DNA of 64,000 nucleotides from Mobula hypostoma (taxonomy: Eukaryota), in NCBI RefSeq assembly GCF_963921235.1, contig NC_086097.1, positions 173,664,001 to 173,728,000 of the forward strand, written 5' to 3'. Within the stretch, counting starts at the first letter, position 1, and the number at the start of each line of letters is the position of its first letter. The translations under genes and the position numbers were made by a program. The notes beneath the pieces are model-generated. The model did not search any database. It saw only the letters and a list, made by a program, of their open reading frames with translations, and was not told the DNA's origin. Positions 26,437 to 40,016 of the stretch are shown here, piece by piece.

Positions 26437-27440
26437 AAACAAACAGGAATTCTGCAGATGCTGGAAATTCAAGCAACACACATCAAAGTTGCTGATGAAC
26501 GCAGCAGGCCAGGCAACATCTGTAGGAAGAGGTACAGTCGACGTTTCAGGCCGAGACCCTTCGTCAGGACTAACTGAAGGAAGAGTGAGTAAGGGATTTG
26601 AAAGTTGGAGGGGGAGGGGGAGATGCAAAATGATAGGAGAAGACAGGAGGGGGAGGGATAGAGCCAAGAGCTGGACAGGTGATAGGCAAAAGGGGATACG
26701 AGAGGATCATGGGACAGGAGGTCCGGGAAGAAAGACGGGGGGGGGGGACCCAGAGGATGGGCAAGAGGTATATTCAGAGGGACAGAGGGAGAAAAAGGAG
26801 AGTGAGAGAAAGAATATGTGCATAAAAATAAGTAACAGATGGGGTACGAGGGGGAGGTGGGGCCTTAGCGGAAGTTAGAGAAGTCGATGTTCATACCATC
26901 AGGTTGGAGGCTACCCAGACGGAATATAAGGTGTTGTTCCTCCAACCTGAGTGTGGCTTCATCTTTACTGTAGAGGAGGCCGTGGATAGACATGTCAGAA
27001 TGGGAATGGGATGTGGAATTAAAATGTGTGGCCATTAGGAGATCCTGCTTTCTCTGGTGGACAGAGCGTAGATGTTCAGCAAAGCGGTCTCCCAGTCTGC
27101 GTCGGGTCTCGCCAATATATAAAAGGCCACATCGAGAGCACCGGACGCAGTATATCACCCCAGTCAACTCACAGGTGAAGTGTTGCCTCACCTGGAAGGA
27201 CTGTTTGGGGCCCTGAATGGTGGTAAGGGAGGAAGTGTAAGGGCATGTGTAGCACTTGTTCCGCTTACACGGATAAGTGCCAAGAGGGAGATCAGTGGGG
27301 AGGGATGGGGGGGATGAATGGACAAGGGAGTTGCGTAGGGAGCGATCCCTGCGGAATGCAGAGAGGCGGGGAGGGAAAGATGTGCTTAGTGGTGGGATCC
27401 CGTTGGAGGTGGCAGAAGTTACGGAGAATAATATGTTGGA
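26437..27440 (-). mobile_element. 5'-truncated Penelope-like element (GIY-YIG endonuclease plus 3' terminal repeat)
   Basis: Open frame 26865-27443 with VIYCVRCSRCGLLYIGET..RF.EH..H and the C-terminal GMN motif, followed by a pyrimidine-rich spacer and a hammerhead-bearing terminus. Confidence 0.93.
26535..26572 (-). ncRNA. Minimal type I hammerhead ribozyme motif (Penelope-associated)
   Basis: UAGUC-CUGACGA-AGGGUCUCGGCCU-GAAAC-GUC^GACUG: helix I UAGUC/GACUG, conserved core boxes, short helix II, and palindromic ACGU in place of helix III. Confidence 0.75.
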
Positions 27441-30400
27441 CAAGGCTAGTTATGGTTTTATTCAGTTCCATAAGATGAAAGAAGCATTTGAAAAGCATTG
27501 CACACTTGAGTCATTTGCCAAGAAAGCTAAAAATGGCCTTGACAATGGTCTCATTGCTTCTTACAACAAAAGAAGCAATGTTTGCAAAGTGTGGATAATC
27601 TCACACAACTGGTGAAAGATTAATAATGCCTGCTGTATCACAAGTGCTCACAATGTTCTCAAAATGGATATCAGTATTTTAAAATCAATTTTTCTGTGTA
27701 GTAACTCTGTAGCTCGTCGTATTGACAAAATGAGTGAAGACTGAGTGTCAACTTTGCACAGAGGTACAAAAAACAGAATTTGAGATACAAGTGGACTAGT
27801 TAACTGTGTAAGACTACGAGGCATTGTTAATGCCAACTGTATGGTTTATCAAAAGATGGAAAAATTTATGAAGAGATTCTCTTTTGTAAAAAGTTAAAAA
27901 TAAATATCAACAGAGAATCAATCTACAACAAGCTCAAAATGTACATTAAGGATAAAAGTATTCACAACAGGAACATGATTTCTTGTGCAACAGATGGAGC
28001 ATCATACATGATAGGTCACCATTTTGGTCCAGTGGCATTTATGAAAAAAAAAATTCCAAGTCTGCTTGCAATCCATTGTGTAATTCATTGTCAACATCTC
28101 ACAGCCAAAAACCTCAGCCATCTACTTTTTTCAAGAAGGAATCTTGTAATATCTGCTAATAACAAAATTAAAGCTCATTCATTAAACAGCAGAATATTTT
28201 CCAATTATGCCAAGATAATGATGATGAGTTTGAACGCTTGCTTCTTCACACTGAAGTGTGTTGGCGGTCAAAAAGCTGCTCCTTAAAATACTTCTTTGAA
28301 CTTTTTGATATTGAGGTTGAATTTTTATTCAAAGTCAATAAGAGCTTGGGAAACAAGACTGAACTTCTATGTGGAGATATGGCATAATTAGCCGATCTGT
28401 ATGACAAAATGAATATTCTAAATATGAAACTGCAGGGTGAGAATTTCAATTTAATCGAGGCAAAATGTGTACAGTCCACTTTTATCAGAAAATTGGAAAC
28501 ATATAAGCAAAACATTGGGAGAAGAACGTTCTCACAGTTTTCCTGCATGGAAAGTACGGCACTCTCTTTCACAGACAGTGATTTGCAAGAGTACTGCTTA
28601 ACCTGCAGTCACCGAAGGAGGATTTTCAGAATTGATTCAAGGATTTGAATGATCTGGAAATTCTGGACCTGTTAATTAACCCATTTCCTTGCAAGGTGGA
28701 AGAACAGGAAGAGAACTTGCAAGAAGAAATTATCAAAATTCAGAATGATGAAGAAGCAAAAATGATTTTCAGATGTTGGCTTTTGTGGTATGTGGCTACA
28801 CAATCATATGAAGTTTCCTGGTCTTTGGAAAAGAGCCAAATTGCTCTTCATTGCATTTCTATCCTCCTACCTTGTTGAAGAGACTTCAGTGCAGGGAACC
28901 ACGTACTCACAAAAAACTGAAACCGCTTAGACATTGTTACACATGGGGACTTAAGACTTCTGCTGCCACAACTTGAACCGATAATTTCAACTCTTGCTAA
29001 ATATCATCTTGATATTGAAGCTGCTGTACAACACAATGGTACTGTCTTTAAAAACCAACAAAAATTTAAAGCAGAATCATTTTTCTCATGTTAGCATATG
29101 GTAGACATGTTCATACACTATGGGGGTGCCAGAAAGTATATTGTGTCTAAGGGGGCATTGGAAAGTATGAAAGTGCTTTAGGGGGGGCATTGGCAAGTAT
29201 GAAAATGCTTTGGGGGGTGTTGGCTAAAAAAGATGGGAAACACTGCTTTAGAGTAATCTAATTCTGTATCCTTGTAAATCATTTTAAGAAATGTTACTGC
29301 ATTGAAGATATTAAACTTTAATGCAATCTATTTTCAGTGATGGTTAAGGAATAAATATTGACTTGGATGTCAGGAAAAACTCCCCCGTTCCTCTTCAATA
29401 TTATGAGTATGCAAGCACAATCTCAACTAACATCTTGTCCATAAAAGTGTAGGCAGTATGTGACACTTGGCCAAGCAAGCATGTACTTCGATAACATTAA
29501 GACATACATTGCTGCAAAAAAGAGAGTATTTTATCCAAGAATCTACTAAATGTGATACAATGCCAGAATTGCTAGGGAGAGAAAAGGACAAGGGAACAGA
29601 TGAAGCAAAGTTAAGAAATGCAAGAACCCAAGGGTGAGAAAGAAACAAACATTTTATCACCCTTGTTCCTTGCAGCTCCAGGAATATTTCATCCTAATCT
29701 ACAAAGACAATTTTGTTTACCACCAAAAGCTGTCACAAGCACTTATGATAAAAAGCAGGACAGCTCTCTCTCAGGGATAATCAAGTATAAAATAATTTGT
29801 AGGGCCATAACCTAGAATACCTTTTTAAACTATATAACATTCTTATTTGACCACTTGCCTTCAGCAACACACCTTCTGCCAAATATACAAATATATATAT
29901 TATTACAGAATTCATGAAAATCCTTTAAAAGTTATTTTAATCTAATATTTACAAGCCAGTTAAGACTGAACAATAAATTATGTCTAGAATAAGATTACTG
30001 TACATGAAGTCCATAGGAAATTGCAAATAAAATGAACAACGTACGTTTATATAGAGATTTGCATGCGTTCACCATCACAAGGGACTTAATGTCCATTGAA
30101 GAATGCATTAAGTGGAGACTGTTGCTATGTAGAGAAATGAGGCAGAAATCTTCCATAATGCAAGGTCACAGAAACAGAGATCTTAAAAAAAAGTAACAAA
30201 TGATTTGCTTCAGCCATGTTTGCTGAGATATAAAGCTTGGCCAGAATGCCAGAATATTTCTGCTAATTTTAAAAATTGTCCTGAGATTTTTCATATCAAT
30301 CTGAAAGAACAGTTTCACTTCTCTTCTTGAAATTACCTCCCAAAAATAGTGAGGTGAAACTTCAGTCTAGTTTACATCCAAAGGTTTTTAGAGTGGGGTT

Positions 30401-33400
30401 TGAATCCATGAGAGCACTACCACTGAGTCGCTTAAATTGACGATATTGTACTGTACAGGAAATTTCTGAAATTATCAATGTATGGGATAACTCTCCCTCC
30501 CCACATTGCCTGACCTTATGCTTAAAGTATTTTTCTGTTTTTATACAAAACTTCCAAAATACATACACAAGCTATAATAATATTGCCATCACTATTGTGT
30601 TTACAAGTTTATAGCAAAATGTAATCATATCAATCGTTCAAGACAAAAGTTCATGTTAAACCATCTTCAGTGATATCACACTGTAGAGTCTAATAATGTT
30701 TCTTGTCTAAGCTTTTACCTAAACCAATGTATTCTTTCATTGGGTGAGTCCATGAAAACTCACAGTCTCATTATATTTAACATGCCAATCCTTTTTCTCT
30801 TTAAATACAATCACTTAATACATTATTTGGAGAAGGTACACAAAGGCTAACTGAAGAAGAAGCACAGTACATTACTATGTTATGCAGCCCAGTAACTTAA
30901 AATGTGGATCTCATTTTAACCATAAAAAAACAAAATATACCTTACTTCAACATGTCCAACAATTTATTTCCTTTAAGTTTGTTGGAATTCACATTGAAGC
31001 AGAAAGCATCCTTTAACACTAATACAAACTGAAACATTGGGTGCTGAAAGCAACACATTCTTCTAAAGCTACTTGCTTTTTCAGCCCTCCTTATTCATCT
31101 GTATTGTTCATCATGCAAGAATAGCTTCCAGACATGAAATACTGGTAATCCTTTCATTGCCAGCGTTTCATTATCTTGACACTATCAAGATCAAGAGCAA
31201 GGCAAATTTTAAAGGCTCAAATGAAAACAGGTGGATAAAAACTGTCCTTCTTACTCTTTCAATCATCTGTTTTGTGAAAATAAGGTGTCCTTATCTATGA
31301 ACTACAATAATCCAACTGACAAATTGACAAGAGACTTCTTAAAAAGTATTATTTTACACATTATATAATTAAGTTTGTCTCAATTCTCCAATTCAGCTTA
31401 AAAACACCAATTGCACCAAGACCTTCTGGGAAATAAATTTACAAAGACACCACCACCTGGTTACAAACGTTAGCAGCTATATTGCCTCCAAATGGAATTG
31501 AAATTACATCTCAGAACTACTCCATACAGCTCACTTTGTCTGTTTCATAACAAGTTTCCTTTACTATCTGATGCATAAGAACATTGTATAAAGTGCTTCT
31601 AAGCACACTTAGAATATTAAGAAATAACAGTAGATACTGAGAATCTGAAATAAAAACAGAAAAGACTCAGCATCTGTGAAAGGAGAAAGGAAATTAATAT
31701 TTCAGGTTGACGACACTTCATTAGCTTCTCCTGTCATTCAAATGGATCAAGTTGAAATCCATCTTGACAACAGCTAACAGTATATGTGCTGTAACTCTCA
31801 ATGCTCTTGGGCAATATGTATCAATATTTCTATTCATCATTAAAAATTTGCTAGCCCTCAATGTCCTAGAATACATTTTCCAACAATGAAAAAATTATGC
31901 AAGAATAATTTTCTGGACCTAATGCTGAATGATGTATATCCACACTTAACAAGCTAAAGCTAACTGATCACATCAATGTACAAGAACAAAATTTTAGTTA
32001 AATGTAACTATAAAATTATAGTAATAGGTTGTGTGTAGCACAGTATTCAAATAAAACTGTTCTTTTTTCATATTTGATTCCAAAGTTATATATGTAAATT
32101 AACCAGAGGCTCCAAGTATTCTCCATGCTAAAAGTCACAATTAGTTAGAGAGTTAACAAATGGCAATGAGATTGCTTGGTCAGATATCGCCACATTTCTG
32201 AAGATTAATGGCAACCCTGAAGCATTTATCCAAAGCCACAATTAAATAATGTGTTTTTCATCCTGGAATAAATCCAGAGATGATTTAAGCAGGCTAACTG
32301 TAAACATATACAAACTCTGAATGCCATTTATTCTTCCATAAATTCAGGTTTTTAGTTTCATACATTCAAATATTAATGCTCAGCTTACTAAATCACCATT
32401 TGTCCGTGCATTTCCCAATCTAACTATTATAAAAACTCAATCATTTGTCTACATAAGAGGGGATCCATGACACTGTAAGCAAGCCTTCTGAATTCATTAT
32501 ATTTCAGATGTAAACTTTGTTGCAGACATAACAATGTAAGTTATAAAAACAGATTGCCAATAATTTATAGCTGTTGTCAATAAAAAGCACTGCTCTCTAA
32601 TTAATGAGTGAACCTTTGGCATCATGATAGCATTTTACCCTGAGTCAGGAGTATTCAAGTTCACCCACAACAAGCAGTTCCAATGAGCTGAGACTCTTGC
32701 TCAAACTCAGCCCTGGTTCTGAATTCCAGGTTAATATATGGCAGTATTCTTGGTTATGCGTGCTTTTATGTTGGTTCCAATTATAGGAGGAGAATTGTTA
32801 ATTATCATGTTATCCTTCAAATATTTTCAAATCTTCGAGGGAAATGCGTAAGGATATGAAAATCAAACAACCTTTGAGAATATCAATCTGTAACAATGGG
32901 ATCTTTCAGCCATACAGTGAGTTCAGTTACATACAGCTGCACCTCAGCAACAAATAATAGTTTCAAGTCTATTGTTTTTGTTCTTATAAAAAGCATACAT
33001 TTTGACTTACCATGACCAACATTGCTGGAGAGATACTAGTAAACATGTAAATCTGTGCAACTTTTAATGTAAGTGTGTGCCTTACTAAAGGAATTACTGG
33101 AGTTTTGAGAAAACAAGATTTCACCAGAAAACAATTTTTGAAGCATCACAGATGGCCAAATGGGAAAATTTATCTATGATACTGAGCCAGAGTCAGGAAG
33201 TCTCCTGGGGTCAATTACTTACTTATTCAACATTAGATCAGCTCAGTCATATTACAAATCATGTATGCAGGCAAATTCAAGACCATTGGCTCAGTACAAT
33301 GACCTGCCATTGATATCCAGTTATAGCACTTGCATGTGAACAAAATCAATCTTTTTGATTTTAATTATTTTCACCAAGCTTGGAATAGATCAGCGCATCA

Positions 33401-33639
33401 ATCTCATCACCAAAGTTGGCCTAAGGCTAGTATGAAAACAAACTGGTGTAAACATTCATTATTTTGGATAGTTCATCTTTGTTCAGAGTAACTCCATGAA
33501 GTTGAACTACTTCCGTTGTCTCTTCTCTTCAACAGAGCTACTAAAAATATTCTGAAGGACTGAATATCTGAAGCAGGCAATGGAAGAAAGTAGAAAATTT
33601 CTTCATATGTCCTTGCAGTTCTTAAACAAATCATTTACA

Positions 33640-33732
33640 GAAGGGTCTCAGCCCGAAACGTTGACTGTACCTCTTCCTATAGATGCTGCCTGGCCTGCTG
33701 CGTTCACCAGCAATTTTAATGTGTGTTGCTTG
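33640..33732 (+). mobile_element. Penelope terminal-repeat fragment
   Basis: GAAGGGTCTCAGCCCGAAACGTTGACTGTACCTCTTCC..; the CTGA box is lost. Confidence 0.8.
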
Positions 33733-34200
33733 TTATTTATAGAAGGGTAATATTTTCAAAAACAGAACAATTAAAGTTGGTCAGAATAAAGTTGTATTGG
33801 AAATGAACATGTGGGGAACTAAAATTAGAAAGTGGGTGACTCTTTCTAAGCAGTGTATATTCCCAAGCAACAACGTTGTCTGTAACATGGAAAATTATCC
33901 AGTTCCTATTCTATGTAAAGATGACTATATGGTACTAAAATAACAATTCAATTTTAATAATGGAAAAAGTTTCAACTTTTACTTTTGCAAGCACTTCAGG
34001 AGGTTTGTGTACAGTATATTCTGCAAACAGTTTACCAAGTTCCCCCGAGATCAATAAAGTATGACTATGACTAATTAACCAAATAACTTCACAATTCTGT
34101 TTTAAATAAAAAAAAACAAAAATTAGAATATAGCTTTCTCTATATGTGACCAGTTTTATTGTATCATAAGTAAACTGCCTCTGGTGCTTTCTTAACTCAC

Positions 34201-34325
34201 CAATATGACGGAAGTTGAAGGAATTTGCCATAAAAAGCTGTGCTGAACGAAGGAATGACCGGGGCAGAAGGACAGAATGATCCTTCAGTATCCAAGGAGG
34301 TCAGGCCTGCCTGGAAACCAAATAT
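34201..34325 (-). CDS. VPS13B: VPS13B internal coding exon (125 bp, phase 0/2): IFGFQAGLTSLDTEGSFCPSAPVIPSFSTAFYGKFLQLPSY(W)
   Basis: Acceptor ttgttattgcag| and donor TG|gtgagt. IFGFQAGLTSLD..PVIPSFSTA.YGK matches recalled VPS13B. Confidence 0.95.
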
Positions 34326-37300
34326 CTGCAATAACAAACCAGTGAAGATCAAAAACTCAACAATAAGAAAAGGTTTAATGAAGACAGGATGAAACATGTC
34401 AACTTCAATTTTCCTTACAATGAACATACACTGAGGACTTGTCTCTGTCTCTGCATCACCACTAAAGACTGTCTAATTTCTCAGTCATGACCTTTTAAAT
34501 GTTTAAAGAATTCCTTTTCACATTGTTTTTCCTTTTACTAATTGAAAATGTAATCATATGGATAATCATGTGATAAGTTGATTTAGATAAATCCAGATGG
34601 CACAAATTGAAGCATAATATAATTTTGCCAAAACTCTCCAATTTTAACATCATATGAAACAAGGTGGAATTTTACCAAGAGCCCAGAATAAATGGTTAAT
34701 TTAGTGAACACTTTTGCCAAACATGGATTTAAATGTACATTTTGTTAGGACAGTCTACAATCTACCATTACGTCCACACAGCAAACATTTGCACTCACTC
34801 GATAGAACTTCTCAGAAATTATTTTACATCTTTGTCTCAATTACCTGCAATATTGTGGCTACTATTCAGTGGCAAAATTTTCAGAATAAACATTAGACAT
34901 AAAGAGATATAAGTGTTGGTTGGCATAAACTTCAGAATTTTACTTTTGCTTCAATTTCTATTTTGATTAAAGTAAATCTGTGAAATGATGCATAAAAGGC
35001 TATATTCAAAACATAAGCTCAAAAAATGGCATACATTTTATGTTACCTGAGAAATGGCAATTAAGATATGTTTCAGACATTCCATTTATACTTCCACTAG
35101 TTGTATTTCAACTCTTTAAACTTCATTTGGCACTCATTAAATAATGTAATATTGAAATGTCACTTTACAGTTAAAGATCAGGTTTCACCAATGACAAAAT
35201 AAAACTGGAGCAGCAATGAGACAGTGATTAGTGCTTGAGCTCCTAACTTCTTGTAACACTCCAAATATATTGAATTGCAATGGACAATAAACTAGACACA
35301 ACCTACCCCATGTAGCATTTGTTAGATCATCATCAATAAACAATAAATGCAAGTGATGCATAATTTTGAAGATGGGCAAAAATTATACAGTACACAGTAG
35401 AAATAAGTCAGGTTGAATACAGCATGTGAATTAAGTACAATGTATGAGGTTCATTCAAAAGAATTCCTTTGCTGCAGTTTTGAGAACCTGCATGAAGTCA
35501 AAACTTAAATTCAGCCATGCTAGGGTTGGATTACTTCTTCTGGGTCTGAAAAAAACAGCTTTATTGTATCCATTCCCTGGGGAAAAAAATTAGACTGGGA
35601 CCCTCCAGTTTTATTTAACCTAATAACATCTTGCTTTGGTGTCTTTCATACTGTGGAGAACATTGTCCAAGTTATATTGACAAATACTTATTCACGCAGC
35701 AAATTCTCTTACTCAAGCTGTGTTGATTGAAAACAATTTTGGTCATATATTCATCAACATCATTTGTGTCAAAATTTACAAATGTACTAAGGAATCTGAT
35801 TTCTCGTTGTGTCACGAAGTGATCAGAACACACTACACATTTTCTTCATTGGTGAAAACAGTCTTTACATAGCAAGTTAAAAAATGCCAATGTATCGAGG
35901 AAACCTCACAATTTGAAAATTTAGATTAACTTCATTTTTGCATGAAGACAATTTTTGGTCTGATTTTCTAATAAAGCTTCTGGGCTCAATTGTGCAATTT
36001 ATCATAGAAATACTGTGTTTTATTTCCAATGAGTCAGGCATGCCTTCCTCTACAGATGGAGTCAGCATACGTCAAATACGAACAGGAGAGAACATTACCA
36101 TGATTGAATATTGGGATAATCCTTTCATCCAGCTGTCCAAACATGGTGATCAAGCCCCCCACCGCTCAATAGACACTGATCAGAATTATGCCAGACACAC
36201 TTAGCTCAAGCATATACATCAGATGTGCACAATCATTTTCATCAACACTGAACACGAACAATTAATATGGAAATCTGCATTGCTCAGAAAGAGTTTTTGA
36301 AAAAAAAGCAGAAACAGCAACTTAGCAGAAAAAGTCCTTAAGAATATTGAGGACCTTATCCATCAATTTATTCCCAGTTTGCAGTAAAACAATATTTACT
36401 TGACAGAAAGTTCATTAAATTCAAAATCAGAAGCAGAACTAGATTTACTATTATATGAAATGAAATTTGTTATATTGTGGCATTAGTAGACTACAAAGAC
36501 ATAAAACTATTATAGACTATATAAATAAATAAGTAGTGGAAAAAAAGGAATAAAGCTGGAGTGTTCATAGGTTCATGGACTGACCTTGGCAAAACTATTT
36601 AATATTATAAACAGCATGAGGTCTAATTCTCCAAAAATAAAGTGGTTCAAATTTATCAGAGTTCATATTAAAAAACCAACTAATACAGTAGAAACTTCAG
36701 TGCACAATTGTCATGGGTCCCACTCTTATCTGCTGTGCAGCTGGCAAAACAGCCATTACTATTAACTTGCTGTAAACTGGTTCTGTCTTATTTGCCTATA
36801 CAAGTTTAAAAAAAAATAAACTTTTGGGAAGCTATTTAATAGAGTCTTTTTGAAAGTTCTAATTTCTCTTCTTTCCATTTTGTTACATTCCAGACAAAGT
36901 AAGGAGAGGGGGAACCGGTGCATGGGATCAAAAATCAGCTGCAGGTGGGCTTGAGCTATTTTTGTGGTGATAGGTTCAGAAACCTGCTTACTAATATGAA
37001 TGGGGTGTTTTTAAGAATCAACACAGTCCATATGTCCAAACCAACTTATTTCAAACACATTCAGAAGAAGTGAGCAAGAATGAAGCAGAGTTGGAAGTCT
37101 AATTCTGGCACAAAACCACACTCAGCTTCTACAAAAGGATTTTTTTTTTTCAGTTTTGATGGGTAACCTGGAACGTGGAGAAAACAGCAGCTGAGAGGAA
37201 ACACCTGTGCAACAAAGCATGTGCAATGAGCACCCACAGGTGACAATGATGGCTTTTGATGAAATGTTAGCAATTATTTACAAATGTTTGCAATCATATG

Positions 37301-37974
37301 GTAGAAGACAGGATTCAAACTGTGCCAAAAGCACAGTCGGTATGGAGGGAAGATGACAGCTTATTCAAACATAAATTGCAAAAATAGATCATCACGAACA
37401 AAATTACATTTCTGTAAACACTTAAAGAGGATATGATGCCCAAATGTGCTTCATAAAAGTATTACTAAATTAAATTTGACATCAAATAAAATAATAAGCT
37501 AAATTTTGTCAAAAGAGATAGCTTTGGAGGAAATTTTTTTGAGGTCAGAGAAACAGAGATACATGAATGACTGAAGAGACAATTCCCTACTTTAGTTACC
37601 TTTTCGTCAGCTGCCACGGGCTTAAGTGCAGAGTCAGAGAACGATACAACATGGAAACAAGTCTTTTGACACACAAAGTCCATGTTAACCAACAAATAAC
37701 TGTTTACCGTATACCTACTTTACCTTTCCCACTTTGCTCATCTATTCCTGGCAAATACTATCATTTACTATCAGGTGAAACAATAGCAGACTCAACCACA
37801 ATGGTTCTCATGTTGAAGGCACAGAGCCAAAAAATATCATATTGACAAAAGGATCCATAGAAACATATCCCAGCAGGAGAAGCATGGAAACATTAACAAG
37901 CATCATGAAGGTTTGCCTCATATAATATTGAAACAAAAGTATTTTTTTTCACACCCTCGTCACTTCTTTAGTTT

Positions 37975-38460
37975 GGAGTTTGGAAGAATTGGGGGCAAGG
38001 GGGTGGGGAGGGGTTGACCTTTTCAAACATGCAAAATCCTAAGGGGCTTGACAGGGTAGATGTTCACTGCTGGGAGAGCCACCAACAAGGGGCCAGTCAT
38101 TCCTAACAGAGGTGTGTACAAATTTCTCCTCTTGATCAAGAGTAAATCTGTGGAATTCGCTGCCCACCAGAGTGGCAGAGACCAAATCATTAGATAATGG
38201 ATAAAAATACATATTTTAAAAGTTGAGGAAATGAGGCCATCATCGATCAGCCATGAACACTGAATAATAGTACAACAAACAATCTGCAGGAGGAAATCAG
38301 AATTGTCAATGTTTCAGGTCAAAAATGCTGCATCAGGACACAAATTGTTGTTCCAAATTCCAGCATCAGCTTTCGCAAGTATTTTTATATTGAGTGACGT
38401 AGTTGAATGCAAATTTAAGAGGCCTGGAGGCCTACCCCGGTCCAATTTTCTTGTATTCTT
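37975..38460 (+). mobile_element. Degenerate CR1 3' region with an embedded Penelope-derived piece (about 38270-38375)
   Basis: TTGGAGTTTGGAAGAAT..CTTGACAGGGTAGATG..AATCTGTGGAATTC is homologous to other CR1 3' regions. Confidence 0.65.
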
Positions 38461-38567
38461 ATAAATTTGATGTAAAGGTTGGTTCAAAAGTTTTGGAACC
38501 TTGTGATTAGAGATTTATTTTAGGTCTTAAGAAAACTGGTTTCTCTGATGCAATTTCCACCATGATA

Positions 38568-38720
38568 CAGTCGACCTTCACTAATCCGACTACCCGTAAT
38601 CCGGTTCCTTTGATAATCCGGCACTGATTATGCTTAATGTGATCCTTCTCTAATTCCGCATTTTCACTAATCCGGCACTCCTCAGGTCCCAATGGTGTCG
38701 GATTAGTGAAGGTCGACCTG
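38568..38720. mobile_element. Tc1/mariner (Tigger/pogo-like) MITE, 153 bp
   Basis: TIRs CAG(G)TCGACCTTCACTAATCCGAC at both ends, TA on both flanks, internal TAATCCGG repeats. Confidence 0.9.
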
Positions 38721-39789
38721 TACCAAAATGTAACTTTTTTTCTATGTGCCTATGTAAAAAATGGTTATATCAGATCTGATCAAAAATCACTTAAGACAAC
38801 TGCAGATTAAATTGATGAAAACAAAAGGAAGATTTAGCCATAGTATTTCTTCAATACCTTAAAATTTTAAAATAATCCCACAAATAATTCAGATTTGTGT
38901 TAATGTCTGTTTCTCATCAGAACCTAAACAATAAAGAAATCACCATCAATACCTCAACTTCTGCACACAATTAAACTGACTGAATTATTGAATTTGTGCT
39001 GTTGGTAATCCAGTTTTCTCAAAGAGTCAAGTTCAATAAGTTTTCTCAGTTGGTTCTGTCAAATGTGTTCCAAGCATCACAACAGCCAAAACAATTTAAA
39101 GTACTAACCGATGGAAACACATCAAATCTGAAACATTACCTCACACGCAATGAAAAGATGCACATGTCTCAATGAACAGAAATTGCTTCCCTCACATTAA
39201 ATTCAAAACAGCAGTAGCAAAACTGCTTGCTTTTTTATGAATGCAGATTTAAAGTAACCAGCCAAAACGTTTTCAAAGTATTAATGAAATATTTTCACAT
39301 AACCAACGTTTATGTTAGAAAAAGATTTAATTTTACAATAAATTTGAGTAACCTAGCACCAAGTCAATAGATTATTCCAGCAAATAAAAAATGGTGTTTT
39401 AACCTAAATTCTGTAACTAGAAAGATCATGCAAAACTTAAGCATGGCTTGCAATGGCATATTATTGCTTTCACCACCACTGTTCAATAGAAAGAAAAGTT
39501 TGAAAGTACATATACAAGATGCAATCTCAACCATTTCCTGCATCTTGCTTATAATTCACATTAGGCTGTAACCCAAAAATGCAATTGCTTTCACGTGTAT
39601 GTCTGGCATCGGAATCCCTGCAGAATTATTTAAGTTAAAATATGCCAATAATATGAATGTCAATAGAGGACATGGTCTAGAATAGTTTAGTGCTGTGAAT
39701 CACAACTGCCAGCTTCAAAGAATCTCAGCACAAAAGGAGGCTCTACCAAATTAGTCCCATTCTCCACTACCCCCAGAGCCCAACAAGTG

Positions 39790-40016
39790 TGACACAAGAG
39801 ACTGCAGATGCTGAAATCTGGGGCAACATACAATCTGCTGTAATAAATCAGCAGGTCAAGCAGCATTGGTGGGAGGAACAAAACTATAAACATTTCAGAC
39901 TAAAATCCTGTATCAAGTGCTGATGTCGGGTTTTGGCCTGAAATGTCGACCATTTCTTTCCTCCCACTAATGTTGCTCGCCCTGCACAGTTCTTCCAGCA
40001 AAGTGTGTGTTGCCCA
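39790..40016. mobile_element. Inverted pair of degenerate Penelope terminal repeats
   Basis: Left arm is antisense and right arm sense to the 20838-type repeat, meeting near 39915. Confidence 0.65.

Larger units (their letters stand above)
26355..29245 (+). mobile_element. Decayed hAT (Charlie-group) transposase gene with right end, split by a Penelope insertion
   Basis: RPMCLICNTLLSNEAMKPSR at about 26357-26415; CATDGA and IHCVIH motifs (27939-28286); NLKLQG-like motif (NMKLQG); terminal GATGGGAAACACTG at 29232-29245 preceded by subterminal GGGGGCATTGG repeats. Left TIR not found. Confidence 0.88.

Noticed and set aside
26865..27443. GIY-YIG ORF as a domesticated or stand-alone nuclease gene
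   Set aside because: It is a 5'-truncated Penelope copy with its terminal repeat; the ORF start lies at the truncation junction and there is no independent gene structure.
29120..29225. Three to four spaced GGGGGCATTGG..AAGTATGAAA repeats, superficially array-like
   Set aside because: These are subterminal repeats next to a hAT TIR; there are no unique spacers or cas genes and the context is vertebrate, so not CRISPR.
30941..31043. Possible extra minus-strand exon (ctttcag| ... |gtatat or gtaagg)
   Set aside because: No recognisable VPS13B similarity; the flanking exons already join in frame and match the recalled protein contiguously.
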